DNA from: TPA_inf: Saccharomyces | Taxonomy: Eukaryota | Length of the DNA: 64,000 nt | Assembly: GCA_000146045.2 (NCBI GenBank) | Contig: BK006938.2 | Coordinates: 192,001 to 256,000, forward strand | Direction of reading: 5' to 3' | Shown: piece after piece, positions 48,259 through 59,238 of the stretch | How positions within the stretch are numbered: the stretch's first letter is position 1 | Layout of the letters: every line of letters starts with the position of its first letter | The notes under the pieces: generated by a model | The model's input: the letters and a program-made list of their open reading frames with translations, nothing else | What the model was told of the DNA's origin: nothing | Databases searched by the model: none | Translations under genes and position numbers: made by a program

Positions 48259-49197
48259 ATGTCATTTCACCAACAGTTCTTTACCTTGAATAATGGAAAT
48301 AAAATCCCCGCAATCGCCATCATTGGGACAGGTACTAGATGGTATAAAAACGAAGAAACGGATGCTACCTTTTCGAACAGTTTGGTCGAACAGATTGTTT
48401 ATGCTCTGAAGTTACCTGGCATTATTCACATTGATGCTGCTGAGATCTACAGAACATATCCAGAAGTTGGGAAGGCACTTAGCCTCACCGAAAAACCAAG
48501 AAATGCAATATTCTTGACAGACAAGTACTCACCTCAAATCAAGATGTCAGATTCCCCAGCGGATGGACTAGATTTAGCTTTGAAGAAGATGGGCACTGAC
48601 TATGTCGATCTATACCTTTTGCATAGCCCATTTGTTTCCAAAGAGGTCAACGGGTTAAGTTTGGAGGAAGCCTGGAAGGACATGGAGCAATTGTACAAAT
48701 CAGGTAAAGCTAAAAATATCGGTGTTTCCAACTTTGCTGTGGAAGACTTGCAAAGAATTCTGAAAGTTGCGGAAGTCAAGCCCCAAGTTAATCAAATTGA
48801 GTTCAGTCCCTTCTTGCAGAATCAAACACCAGGGATCTACAAATTTTGCCAAGAACATGATATATTGGTAGAAGCATACTCGCCACTAGGTCCCTTACAA
48901 AAGAAAACAGCACAAGATGACTCTCAACCGTTTTTCGAATACGTGAAAGAGTTATCCGAGAAATATATCAAATCTGAAGCCCAAATTATCCTACGTTGGG
49001 TGACCAAACGTGGCGTGTTGCCTGTAACCACCTCTTCCAAACCTCAAAGAATTTCTGACGCGCAAAATTTATTCTCTTTCGACTTGACGGCTGAGGAAGT
49101 CGATAAGATAACGGAGTTGGGCTTGGAACATGAACCGCTAAGATTGTATTGGAATAAATTGTACGGTAAATACAACTACGCTGCTCAAAAAGTATAA
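48259..49197 (+). CDS. YDL124W, NADPH-dependent aldo-keto reductase (alpha-keto amide reductase), 312 aa
   Basis: AKR-superfamily motifs (IDAAEIYRTYPEVG, LYLLHSP, IGVSNF). ATG at 48259, 312 aa. Confidence 0.88.
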   Translation: MSFHQQFFTLNNGNKIPAIAIIGTGTRWYKNEETDATFSNSLVEQIVYALKLPGIIHIDAAEIYRTYPEVGKALSLTEKPRNAIFLTDKYSPQIKMSDSPADGLDLALKKMGTDYVDLYLLHSPFVSKEVNGLSLEEAWKDMEQLYKSGKAKNIGVSNFAVEDLQRILKVAEVKPQVNQIEFSPFLQNQTPGIYKFCQEHDILVEAYSPLGPLQKKTAQDDSQPFFEYVKELSEKYIKSEAQIILRWVTKRGVLPVTTSSKPQRISDAQNLFSFDLTAEEVDKITELGLEHEPLRLYWNKLYGKYNYAAQKV

Positions 49198-49417
49198 ATA
49201 CCGGATAATTTATGTACGAGTCATATTTGTTTTGTATAACTTTATTAATCGACTTTTTTTGTCAGGTTTATCACCCCGTTACCCATCCCGCCACTTTTCA
49301 GCATCGAGGAAGAAAAAAGGGCTGTACATTATATAAAAGGCCATCAAAAAATACCGGAAGAGGGCATCTCCCCAATAAAGGTGCCACACTGAGCAGAGAC
49401 AGATAGGGACGCGCATC

Positions 49418-49840
49418 ATGTGTTGCTACTGTGTTTGTTGTACCGTTTCTGACTTTATACTGTATATTGTTGCGTTTTTTTTCCCCCCAGCTGCAGTCCT
49501 TCTTCGATCTGGGCCTTGTTCATCTGATTTCCTCCTGAATGTATTGCTAACGCTACTGGGATTTTTGCCCGGTATGTTACACGCATTCTACTACATCACA
49601 ATTACAAGTCCTTTAAGGAACGCTGAATACGTCTATTATTACCAGCAAGGCTGGGTGGATAGCGAAAGAAACGTTCCTTCGAATCGTCCTCAAAACTCGC
49701 AGACCCCCCAAAACCGCCCACAACAAGGAAGCTCCGCTAGAAACGTATACCCGAGCGTTGAAACTCCTCTGTTACAAGGCGCAGCTCCCCATGACAACAA
49801 ACAGTCTCTGGTTGAGTCTCCTCCTCCTTATGTGCCATGA
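49418..49840 (+). CDS. SNA4: Sna4, Pmp3/UPF0057-family vacuolar membrane proteolipid with PY motif, 140 aa
   Basis: Cys-rich N-terminus MCCYCVCC, two TM helices characteristic of the Pmp3 family (FLLNVLLTLLGFLPGMLHAFYYI), and C-terminal SPPPYVP (PPxY). Confidence 0.85.
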   Translation: MCCYCVCCTVSDFILYIVAFFFPPAAVLLRSGPCSSDFLLNVLLTLLGFLPGMLHAFYYITITSPLRNAEYVYYYQQGWVDSERNVPSNRPQNSQTPQNRPQQGSSARNVYPSVETPLLQGAAPHDNKQSLVESPPPYVP

Positions 49841-50551
49841 TGAAGCTACAGCAAGGAAAATGAAAATTCCAGCAAGCAAGCAAGCGAAGACCGTTCTTCT
49901 CTTTCCTATGATCTTCCTTAGCAAAGAGGTTTGCCAGTCAAAGTAAAAGAGCTGCCATTAAGAAATGTATTTCATTTTGACAGCTTCTTCGATCAATACC
50001 GCCAGCTCCCTCGAGCCTATAACTATTTTGCGGATCTGTAAGCCGTAATGTTTTTCCCATAAACGTCACTGAATGTCCATATATCATACTACCAGTAAGC
50101 GCCTGTTGGAAACCTTCCTACCTTCATACGTGTATTCTGCTATATCCCTTCTTTTCCTCTTTACGTACAGAATGACATCTATGTAGGCAAGTTTCTTTTT
50201 CCATCATTGGAAAACGAAAATACATTTTTCACTAGCACCACAAAATTTTCAAGATGGCCAGGCTAGTTAAATCTATTATACAATAATTATTGGTTATATA
50301 TTTAAAAAACAGAAACATTTTTTGCTTTAAAAGCACGCCATAGTATTGCTTTTAATATTGTGATCTGCGTCCTTTTTTTTCTCAGGAAAAAAAAATTTTA
50401 TACACATTCAAAGAATAGAAGCGATTGTCAAAATTCGCTTCTCCTTTCTTTTCCATTATAACGTCTGATCATTTTACGTCTTCAGTGCCCTCCCTTGTTC
50501 GAAACTAGATACTTTCGAACACTTCTCCCCTTTTAATCTACAAAATTTTGT

Positions 50552-52981
50552 ATGGATTTGTTTATTGAAAGCAAGATAAACAGTTTATTACAATTTTTAT
50601 TTGGTTCCCGACAGGATTTTTTGAGAAATTTTAAAACTTGGAGTAACAACAATAACAATCTATCGATTTATTTATTAATTTTTGGCATAGTAGTATTTTT
50701 TTATAAAAAACCAGACCATCTAAACTACATTGTTGAGAGCGTTAGTGAAATGACAACAAACTTCAGAAATAATAATAGCCTTAGCCGTTGGTTGCCCAGA
50801 AGTAAGTTTACCCACTTAGACGAAGAGATCTTGAAAAGAGGTGGTTTCATTGCTGGTTTAGTTAATGATGGTAACACTTGTTTTATGAACTCTGTTTTGC
50901 AATCATTGGCATCATCCAGAGAATTAATGGAGTTCTTGGACAATAATGTCATAAGGACCTATGAGGAGATAGAACAAAATGAACACAATGAAGAAGGAAA
51001 CGGGCAAGAATCTGCTCAAGATGAAGCCACTCATAAGAAAAACACTCGTAAGGGTGGCAAAGTTTATGGTAAGCATAAGAAGAAATTGAATAGGAAGTCA
51101 AGTTCGAAAGAAGACGAAGAAAAGAGCCAGGAGCCAGATATCACTTTCAGTGTCGCCTTAAGGGATCTACTTTCTGCCTTAAATGCGAAGTATTATCGGG
51201 ATAAACCCTATTTCAAAACCAATAGTTTATTGAAAGCAATGTCCAAATCTCCAAGAAAAAATATTCTTCTTGGCTACGACCAAGAGGACGCGCAAGAATT
51301 CTTCCAGAACATACTAGCCGAGTTGGAAAGTAACGTTAAATCATTGAATACTGAAAAACTAGATACCACTCCAGTTGCGAAATCAGAATTACCCGATGAT
51401 GCTTTAGTAGGTCAACTTAACCTTGGTGAAGTTGGCACTGTTTACATTCCAACTGAACAGATTGATCCTAACTCTATACTACATGACAAGTCCATTCAAA
51501 ATTTCACACCTTTCAAACTAATGACTCCTTTAGATGGTATCACGGCAGAAAGAATTGGTTGTTTACAGTGTGGTGAGAACGGTGGCATAAGATATTCCGT
51601 ATTTTCGGGATTAAGCTTAAATTTACCGAACGAGAATATTGGTTCCACTTTAAAATTATCTCAGTTATTAAGCGACTGGAGTAAACCTGAAATCATCGAA
51701 GGCGTAGAATGTAACCGTTGTGCCCTCACAGCAGCGCACTCTCATTTATTTGGTCAGTTGAAAGAATTTGAAAAAAAACCTGAGGGTTCGATCCCAGAAA
51801 AGTTAATTAACGCTGTAAAAGATAGGGTCCATCAAATCGAAGAAGTTCTTGCCAAACCAGTTATTGACGATGAAGATTATAAGAAGTTGCATACAGCAAA
51901 TATGGTACGTAAATGCTCTAAATCTAAGCAGATTTTAATATCAAGACCTCCACCATTATTATCCATTCATATCAACAGATCCGTATTTGATCCAAGAACG
52001 TACATGATTAGAAAAAATAACTCGAAAGTATTGTTTAAGTCAAGGTTGAATCTTGCCCCATGGTGTTGTGATATTAATGAAATCAATTTGGATGCTCGTT
52101 TGCCAATGTCAAAAAAGGAAAAAGCTGCGCAACAAGATTCAAGTGAAGATGAAAACATTGGCGGTGAATACTATACGAAATTACATGAACGCTTCGAGCA
52201 GGAATTTGAAGACAGCGAGGAAGAAAAAGAATACGATGACGCAGAGGGGAACTATGCGTCTCATTACAATCATACCAAGGATATCAGTAACTATGATCCC
52301 CTAAACGGTGAAGTCGATGGCGTGACATCCGATGATGAAGATGAGTACATTGAAGAAACCGATGCTTTAGGGAATACAATCAAAAAAAGGATCATAGAAC
52401 ATTCTGATGTTGAAAACGAGAATGTAAAAGATAATGAAGAACTGCAAGAAATCGACAATGTGAGCCTTGACGAACCAAAGATCAATGTTGAAGATCAACT
52501 AGAAACATCATCTGATGAGGAAGATGTTATACCAGCTCCACCTATCAATTATGCTAGGTCATTTTCCACAGTTCCAGCCACTCCATTGACATATTCATTG
52601 CGCTCTGTCATTGTTCACTACGGTACCCATAATTATGGTCATTACATTGCATTTAGAAAATACAGGGGTTGTTGGTGGAGAATATCTGATGAGACTGTGT
52701 ACGTTGTGGACGAAGCTGAAGTCCTTTCAACACCCGGTGTATTTATGTTATTTTACGAATATGACTTTGATGAAGAAACTGGGAAGATGAAGGATGATTT
52801 GGAAGCTATTCAGAGTAATAATGAAGAAGATGATGAAAAAGAGCAGGAGCAAAAAGGAGTCCAGGAGCCAAAGGAAAGCCAAGAGCAAGGAGAAGGTGAA
52901 GAGCAAGAGGAAGGTCAAGAGCAGATGAAGTTCGAGAGAACAGAAGACCATAGAGATATTTCTGGTAAAGATGTAAACTAA
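50552..52981 (+). CDS. UBP1: Ubiquitin-specific protease 1, 809 aa
   Basis: USP Cys box (GLVNDGNTCFMNSVLQSL) near the N-terminus, His box (YGHYIAFRK...WWRISDETV) near the C-terminus, an acidic D/E-rich insert, and an N-terminal hydrophobic segment. 809 aa. Confidence 0.92.
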   Translation: MDLFIESKINSLLQFLFGSRQDFLRNFKTWSNNNNNLSIYLLIFGIVVFFYKKPDHLNYIVESVSEMTTNFRNNNSLSRWLPRSKFTHLDEEILKRGGFIAGLVNDGNTCFMNSVLQSLASSRELMEFLDNNVIRTYEEIEQNEHNEEGNGQESAQDEATHKKNTRKGGKVYGKHKKKLNRKSSSKEDEEKSQEPDITFSVALRDLLSALNAKYYRDKPYFKTNSLLKAMSKSPRKNILLGYDQEDAQEFFQNILAELESNVKSLNTEKLDTTPVAKSELPDDALVGQLNLGEVGTVYIPTEQIDPNSILHDKSIQNFTPFKLMTPLDGITAERIGCLQCGENGGIRYSVFSGLSLNLPNENIGSTLKLSQLLSDWSKPEIIEGVECNRCALTAAHSHLFGQLKEFEKKPEGSIPEKLINAVKDRVHQIEEVLAKPVIDDEDYKKLHTANMVRKCSKSKQILISRPPPLLSIHINRSVFDPRTYMIRKNNSKVLFKSRLNLAPWCCDINEINLDARLPMSKKEKAAQQDSSEDENIGGEYYTKLHERFEQEFEDSEEEKEYDDAEGNYASHYNHTKDISNYDPLNGEVDGVTSDDEDEYIEETDALGNTIKKRIIEHSDVENENVKDNEELQEIDNVSLDEPKINVEDQLETSSDEEDVIPAPPINYARSFSTVPATPLTYSLRSVIVHYGTHNYGHYIAFRKYRGCWWRISDETVYVVDEAEVLSTPGVFMLFYEYDFDEETGKMKDDLEAIQSNNEEDDEKEQEQKGVQEPKESQEQGEGEEQEEGQEQMKFERTEDHRDISGKDVN

Positions 52982-53132
52982 GTTATAAATACGATATCCG
53001 TAATTGTGTAAATAACAATAACTATAATTAAATTGAATAATTAAAAGTCTACGTTATTCGTTAAATCAATTGTTTAGCTAGTTACGAATGTCTAAAGTTT
53101 TTGTAGGACAATTGCAAAAATCACTTCCATTA

Positions 53133-53582
53133 TTATACAAATCCTTCGTAAGCTTCATTTTTCTTACCATTGTACTTCTTCAACTTTTTCTCTTCTTCTC
53201 TCCGTTCATCTAGTTCATCTTCGTTAATTAGGTCATCAATATCGAAATCGAAATCATTTGGATCTTTGTTGTACTGTCCAATTACACGTCTTTTAAGGCC
53301 TGTCTTTGAGTCTATTTCAAATTTTCTGGAAGCGGAAGAGGCACTTGCACTGTCATGGCCAAGGCTTTCCTCCGTGTCCTTCAGATCAAACTTTAATACA
53401 TTGGTATGATCAAGTTTTTTTTTCAAATATTCCCTCTTACCAAGCTTACCAGTCGCTGACTGTGCTGTTGCAGACGATTTCGGTTTTGTTAGTTTGAATG
53501 TACCGATGCCAGAAAACAATGGCAACAATGCAATGAAAGCAATCACAATAATGAGAAGTAAAAAATAACCGTATAGATTCAT
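53133..53582 (-). CDS. YDL121C, small ER membrane protein (I believe now named EXP1), 149 aa
   Basis: 149-aa ORF with ATG at 53580-53582, an N-terminal TM helix (YFLLLIIVIAFIALLPLFSGIG) and a charged C-terminus. Length and position match YDL121C. Confidence 0.8.
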   Translation of the reverse strand: MNLYGYFLLLIIVIAFIALLPLFSGIGTFKLTKPKSSATAQSATGKLGKREYLKKKLDHTNVLKFDLKDTEESLGHDSASASSASRKFEIDSKTGLKRRVIGQYNKDPNDFDFDIDDLINEDELDERREEEKKLKKYNGKKNEAYEGFV

Positions 53583-53922
53583 GCTCCGGACTTATTGACT
53601 TAGGCACCGAGAACTTTAAGGGAATTCGTCCTTTTCTTTTACTAAACGTAGATCATGGGTGCTTGATTTAGAGATACAACTCATCGCACTTGACAAATTT
53701 CAAAAAACCGTATTCAGTGATCATATTTGAAAAGTCACGTTTCTTACAATGTCCACATAGCCCTATAGGATATGAGGGATTAGTAACCGTAAATGATCTC
53801 TTTGAATCGCATTTTTAATTGAAAGCAACCTCGCTTGAAGACACTTACAAATCGTTACGTACTACTGAATACCAGAAAGATAGTATTTCAAAAAAAACTA
53901 AGCGAGAAGATAGAGTGTAGCA

Positions 53923-54447
53923 ATGATTAAGCGGTCTCTCGCAAGTTTAGTTCGAGTCAGCTCTGTAATGGGCAGAAGATATATGATAGCAGCGGCAGGA
54001 GGAGAACGTGCCAGATTTTGTCCAGCTGTAACAAATAAAAAGAATCATACTGTAAATACTTTTCAGAAGAGATTTGTAGAATCCTCGACAGATGGTCAAG
54101 TTGTGCCTCAAGAAGTGTTAAACTTACCGCTTGAAAAATACCATGAAGAGGCAGATGACTACCTAGACCATTTACTAGATAGCTTAGAAGAACTGAGTGA
54201 GGCTCATCCGGATTGTATACCTGATGTAGAGCTAAGCCATGGCGTAATGACATTGGAAATTCCAGCTTTTGGAACGTATGTAATAAACAAACAGCCTCCA
54301 AATAAGCAAATTTGGTTGGCATCACCATTGTCCGGGCCTAACAGATTTGACCTTCTCAATGGGGAGTGGGTTTCGTTAAGAAATGGCACAAAGCTAACAG
54401 ATATACTTACTGAAGAAGTTGAGAAGGCCATTTCTAAAAGCCAATAA
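53923..54447 (+). CDS. YFH1: Frataxin homologue, mitochondrial iron chaperone, 174 aa
   Basis: Mitochondrial presequence MIKRSLASLVRVSSVMGRRY.... Acidic helix-1 (EEADDYLDHLLDSLEEL) and the conserved frataxin beta-sheet region (INKQPPNKQIWLASPLSGPNRFD). Confidence 0.95.
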   Translation: MIKRSLASLVRVSSVMGRRYMIAAAGGERARFCPAVTNKKNHTVNTFQKRFVESSTDGQVVPQEVLNLPLEKYHEEADDYLDHLLDSLEELSEAHPDCIPDVELSHGVMTLEIPAFGTYVINKQPPNKQIWLASPLSGPNRFDLLNGEWVSLRNGTKLTDILTEEVEKAISKSQ

Positions 54448-54688
54448 GTGCACTTATCCATCGACTCTCTTATATTTATTTAAACACTTGTAACGCATCC
54501 AATCTATTTCATAGTTAGAGTCTCTCTTCCTTGTTATTGATATGATTTTTCTTTTGTACCGTGTGTGTATGTATGTATGTATGAACGTACTACTAAGCTT
54601 CAACGTCACTCTATAAAGAAACTAAAAAGACACGTATTTATACCTTTTTTGAAGAATGCGAGATTGCAATGAAATATGTGTCTATTTT

Positions 54689-55612
54689 TTACATGAATCT
54701 TTTGACCAACTCCTCATATATACCCCACGCAATACCTGCACTGAAGGCCTTTCTTGCCAGCCTCATGCTTAACCCGCTAAATAACTTCAGCACATTTTCA
54801 TTTTTAACTATAGATGTAAATGTATTGAAGGAGTTGGTAAATTTTGATGGTTCCAATTGCATTCTCGTTTTTATGGTGTCGAACGGTGCCGTTACTGTGG
54901 TGGCTAAACTGGCGGATAGTACGGCGCTTGTTGTATTTACTGTTGTAGAGGTATAAGTAGTAAATCCTCCCTCAGGATTGTAATGTATAAACCTAGAAGG
55001 TAATACCATGGGCAGTAATTGTTTCGATTTTTCATATAGCAGCACATACAAACCTGCATAGGGAGCGTCTCTTAAACAAGTAGCTCCAAACCCTCTGAAA
55101 AATCCAAAAAGTCCTTCCTTAGTATATATATGGGTAATTGCCTCCTTTAAACTGGAGTAATTGTACAGAGTAGACTCATAACGGACTTTAATGACGGTGA
55201 TAGGCATGGTTATATAACCTACCAAACCTCTTGCAAATGCACCTGTTAGTAAATTTTCATACATCGTTAATCGTGGTAAGCTACTGCTCTTGTTATATAC
55301 AATGTTTGAATCGTTTGTTAATGAAGGCACAGCATTCCTCCTCTTTGCCAAAGATGAGCGCATAAGGTTCAAACATGATAAATATAAGGCGCTGCCTATT
55401 GATGTTCGTAATGCTGAAGGTAATGTACCTCTCCATAGCTGTAGAGGGCTGTCTATCTCTTTCAAATTTTTCCATAATGTAGCTTTCTTGTCTTGCTGGA
55501 TTCTCGTCTTCAAAAGGTCTAAAGGTTGCAACGCAACAGCAGATGTTAGCCCACCGAAAAAGCCCCCGATCAAATGCGATGAATTTCTTGGCTTAGTTGC
55601 TTGCTCAGTCAT
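54689..55612 (-). CDS. HEM25: YDL119C, mitochondrial carrier family protein (glycine transporter, I believe named HEM25), 307 aa
   Basis: Three mitochondrial-carrier repeats with PxD/ExxK-type signatures (PLDLLKTRIQ, PITVIKVRYE, PFDTIKTRMQ). ATG at 55610-55612. Confidence 0.85.
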   Translation of the reverse strand: MTEQATKPRNSSHLIGGFFGGLTSAVALQPLDLLKTRIQQDKKATLWKNLKEIDSPLQLWRGTLPSALRTSIGSALYLSCLNLMRSSLAKRRNAVPSLTNDSNIVYNKSSSLPRLTMYENLLTGAFARGLVGYITMPITVIKVRYESTLYNYSSLKEAITHIYTKEGLFGFFRGFGATCLRDAPYAGLYVLLYEKSKQLLPMVLPSRFIHYNPEGGFTTYTSTTVNTTSAVLSASLATTVTAPFDTIKTRMQLEPSKFTNSFNTFTSIVKNENVLKLFSGLSMRLARKAFSAGIAWGIYEELVKRFM

Positions 55613-55682
55613 GTATGCTGCTTCACAAATTGTGTACCTTCTAGTTGTTCCCGCTGTGCTATTTGCTTTTCTTTTGGTATAA
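55302..55682 (+). CDS. YDL118W-type dubious ORF (126 codons) lying entirely antisense within YDL119C
   Basis: An open frame only. There is no domain, and the composition mirrors the opposite-strand carrier gene. Listed because an ORF of this size is annotated at this position in reference sets, not because I think it codes. Confidence 0.15.
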   Translation: MFESFVNEGTAFLLFAKDERIRFKHDKYKALPIDVRNAEGNVPLHSCRGLSISFKFFHNVAFLSCWILVFKRSKGCNATADVSPPKKPPIKCDEFLGLVACSVMYAASQIVYLLVVPAVLFAFLLV

Positions 55683-56580
55683 GCTTATCCTTTTACTTCA
55701 ATCACCCCCTCGTGAGAATTTAATGTGGAAGCAATATACTACTACACCGTTGACTTGGAGATTTTCAAGCTCAATTTTGCGTTCACTCAAATCTAAGTCA
55801 TTTGAAACAAACACAACTTCTAAATATAGCAAGAGAAATAGGTCAATAACGCAGACACATATTTAACATTTAAGATACTGATAGATATTCAAAAGGAAAC
55901 AGTCACCACAAGCGTTGGAGATTCAGCAAAACCCAAAAAGCAAGAAATTACAAAATCATTGTCTCGCTGATGAAACACCATCCTTTAGTGTTTGTATCCA
56001 TTCAGCGTACCCTCTTGTTCTTGAGACTGGTGAATTTCGTAACTAGTTGAATATTGCAGGGTTTTCTTTTTCTAAATATGTATTAATGGTGGTGCCTGTC
56101 AGGGCGCGATAGAAGTGAAAAATTCTCGAATGGCTGGTTTGGTGGCCATTGAGCTGATCTGAAAAGGATGGTGAGATCAAGCTTGATATCTTGCATGCTT
56201 GGACCAACTATTTAAAATAAGTATTGAAAAAGGAGAATTTAGTTTCATTTACTCTCTACAATTGGATATTATACAGTTAAAACAAGAGAAAAGGCCAAAA
56301 TTAACGGGACTCTGTTTGCATAACATATCTATAATATCAGTTTGATCTACTGCTGTTAAACTAATTTTTCTTTCTTCTGATTTCACTTCGTCCTTAATAT
56401 TTTAACACATTAACTGTTTGCTATAAGCATACATTGCTTTTACCACTTTTTTTAATAATATCTTTTTATCCGTATTAATTACCGCATATAATTTTAGTTC
56501 GAAACATTAAAGGTCAGTCCCGAAGTTATAATTATAACATTTAATTCCTGAATTTACCGTATTACATTTAAATTTGCATA

Positions 56581-59238
56581 ATGGCCACTAACTTAACATC
56601 TTTGAAGCCACCATTTAAGGTGAAGGCCAGGTATGGTTGGTCGGGCCAAACTAAAGGCGACTTAGGCTTTCTGGAGGGAGATATTATGGAAGTCACAAGG
56701 ATTGCCGGTTCTTGGTTCTACGGCAAGTTATTGAGAAACAAAAAATGTTCTGGGTATTTTCCTCATAACTTCGTCATACTATTAGAGGAGAGATTAAATT
56801 CGAGCACTGAAAATGGTAGGCAACCTTCAAAAATAGTAGAAAGTTTTGAAAAATCAAATAAAGTTGTTATTCCACCAGTACCATCAAGGTATTCTGACGA
56901 GAGGCCAAGGCCTAAAAAGAAGCTATCTTCATCAATGCCCAATTCACCCAAGAAGCCGGTAGATTCTTTGACAAAGGCTAGAAAGGCAAAATCAAAAGAA
57001 ATGGTAAATGAAAAAAATATCTATAATACCCAATCCTCTCGACATCATAATAACTCAGCTCCAAATTTACCTTTGGCTAGCCATAGTAAGCCTCAAGTAC
57101 GAAATTTCGAGGAGTCCATGAACAATCCGTTACCACCTCTACCGCCACTACCAGATTTGGACAATATGAGAAAGACAGATAAAAGGGCACCAAAGAAATC
57201 ATATTCTGCAAACGATTTACATATGGCACGTTCTTCAAGAGAATATAACTATTACAAAGACAACCAGAAATTCTATGATGGGTTTATCCCAGAAAAGAGA
57301 TATTCTTTAGAAGAGGACTCTATTTCATCAGGCCTGTTTTCAAACTCTCAGTACTTAAATGATTCTGCTTGTAGTAGTGAGAACAGTTTTGCCTTAATGA
57401 GTGATTTTAGTGCCACGAGCGCGGGAAGTTTCGCCAGACATAAATATGCACAATCGTTTTCCGATTCATTGCAAAGATCACAGAATGCAAATGGCTGCTC
57501 TACAAAGATAAATGATTCACAGGAGTTTGGTGATTCCAATGCTAGTTCGAGAAATGGAAAAATGGGTGATATCCTTAGGAAAATAATTATTCCAAAGAGG
57601 AATACAAATATTTACTCCAGTTCAGTATCCTCACCAAAGTCACCAAAAGCATATCCTAAACTACCAGATATTCAGAATTTAAACTTGTCTGCAACACCCG
57701 ATGAAGCTCGCGATTGGATTGCGGTAAAATGTCACTTGAACAGAGCAAGGACTCTTACCAAATATGACAAACATCCGAGGTATATGAGAGCTCTCGAAGA
57801 AAATCGCGACTTGATCTTACATCCTCAAGATTCGATTTATAACGGGCTAAATACCAATGAAGTCAAAGGTAATACAAAGCCCGGTTTGGTCGATGTGGAA
57901 CTGGCCGAATTAAACATAGAATACATTGATAAGATGACTTGGAAACGGTGTATTAGAGACGGAACTATGACATTAGACAGTTGGGCTCAAACAACTTTTT
58001 CAGCAAGATACTCAACTGTTCTGGAAAAGTTAAGAGGCATATACATTTTTTGCACAGAGATGTTTGCTCTGACTGATGATAATGGAACGTCAGATTTTTC
58101 TGCGGAACCCCAAAATTTAGAGAAAATACTATACAGAAAGCATTGTACGCCATATGAATTGACATGGCTTTTCAAGAAATTAGCAAACTCATTGGGAATC
58201 ACTTGTGAAATTGTTATAGGTTTCCTGAAAACACCGAGTGCTATAAATTGGGAGTTTAAGTATAACCACTGCTGGTTGAGAATACTGGTTAACAAAGAAT
58301 GGAGATTTATTGACGTTATTTTAGGAAATGTAACCAACCCAATTCATGAATTTGTAAATAACAGAAAGATCAAGAAAGCAGAAAATAGCTACTTTTTGAT
58401 GGCACCATTAGAAATGATATACACACATATACCGCCTAGGGAATTTGAGCAGCATATTGTTCCTAGTATCGATCAATTATCTGCATTGTATCTGCCATTA
58501 GTTTTTCCATCTTTTTTCAAAAATGAGTTAAAGTTATACAAATTTAGTACTGCACTATCATTTTTGGAAGATTCTGAGATCTACGAATGCTCCTTAGAAA
58601 TTCCCAATGACGTTGAAGTCTTTGCATCCGTGGTTATTCCAACGGATAATGAAGAAGCTTCATCTGCGTACAGGAATATGGAACTCGCACTGACCCAAAT
58701 CAAAAAGCAGAAAGCCGAGTCTGGTAGAAGAATTGCTCTAATCAAAGCAGTCCTACCACCCAATGTGAACAAAGGTTCACTGTACATACATTCAGGTGTA
58801 AGAGGTACGCAAACGAGTATTGCCAATATCCATCCACTGTCCATGATGGTCCCATTAACACATAAGGGAAGTAACATGAAATACGAATTTGTGATCAAGA
58901 TACCCTCAGAAAGCATTCAGAAGATTGAGCTATACATTGTCGAGCCACAGAGTAGATATCTATTTGTTGGTAATGAGTACTCATTCGAAGTTATTCAAAG
59001 TCCCTCCGATGGTATTGTATACAGCAGTGATGAAGGGCCGAACCAAAATAGGAAACAACCAATGGCAATAAAATCACCCTCAGGAAGAGTTCATGAGCTA
59101 GTCAAGAGCGATCCCCACTTTCCTTATGGTACCTGGAAAGGAAGCATTAAAATCAAAGAGCCCGGCGTCTGGAGCGCTTTAGTGATCGCTGACTCTGGTA
59201 TTGGGTGGTCCGTTTTTGCTGAATGGTTGTGCGTATAA
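56581..59238 (+). CDS. CYK3: Cyk3, cytokinesis protein with N-terminal SH3 and central transglutaminase-like domain, 885 aa
   Basis: SH3 at residues about 8-67 (KARYGWSGQTKGDLGFLEGDIMEVTRIAGSWFYGKLL...GYFPHNFV), PxxP-rich linker, transglutaminase-like core. 885 aa. Confidence 0.92.
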   Translation: MATNLTSLKPPFKVKARYGWSGQTKGDLGFLEGDIMEVTRIAGSWFYGKLLRNKKCSGYFPHNFVILLEERLNSSTENGRQPSKIVESFEKSNKVVIPPVPSRYSDERPRPKKKLSSSMPNSPKKPVDSLTKARKAKSKEMVNEKNIYNTQSSRHHNNSAPNLPLASHSKPQVRNFEESMNNPLPPLPPLPDLDNMRKTDKRAPKKSYSANDLHMARSSREYNYYKDNQKFYDGFIPEKRYSLEEDSISSGLFSNSQYLNDSACSSENSFALMSDFSATSAGSFARHKYAQSFSDSLQRSQNANGCSTKINDSQEFGDSNASSRNGKMGDILRKIIIPKRNTNIYSSSVSSPKSPKAYPKLPDIQNLNLSATPDEARDWIAVKCHLNRARTLTKYDKHPRYMRALEENRDLILHPQDSIYNGLNTNEVKGNTKPGLVDVELAELNIEYIDKMTWKRCIRDGTMTLDSWAQTTFSARYSTVLEKLRGIYIFCTEMFALTDDNGTSDFSAEPQNLEKILYRKHCTPYELTWLFKKLANSLGITCEIVIGFLKTPSAINWEFKYNHCWLRILVNKEWRFIDVILGNVTNPIHEFVNNRKIKKAENSYFLMAPLEMIYTHIPPREFEQHIVPSIDQLSALYLPLVFPSFFKNELKLYKFSTALSFLEDSEIYECSLEIPNDVEVFASVVIPTDNEEASSAYRNMELALTQIKKQKAESGRRIALIKAVLPPNVNKGSLYIHSGVRGTQTSIANIHPLSMMVPLTHKGSNMKYEFVIKIPSESIQKIELYIVEPQSRYLFVGNEYSFEVIQSPSDGIVYSSDEGPNQNRKQPMAIKSPSGRVHELVKSDPHFPYGTWKGSIKIKEPGVWSALVIADSGIGWSVFAEWLCV

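Noticed and set aside
55290-55682. YDL118W-like ORF antisense to the mitochondrial carrier gene YDL119C
   Set aside because: Entirely contained within a well-supported gene on the other strand, with no domain. Retained in the features list only at confidence 0.15 because reference annotations carry a dubious ORF here.
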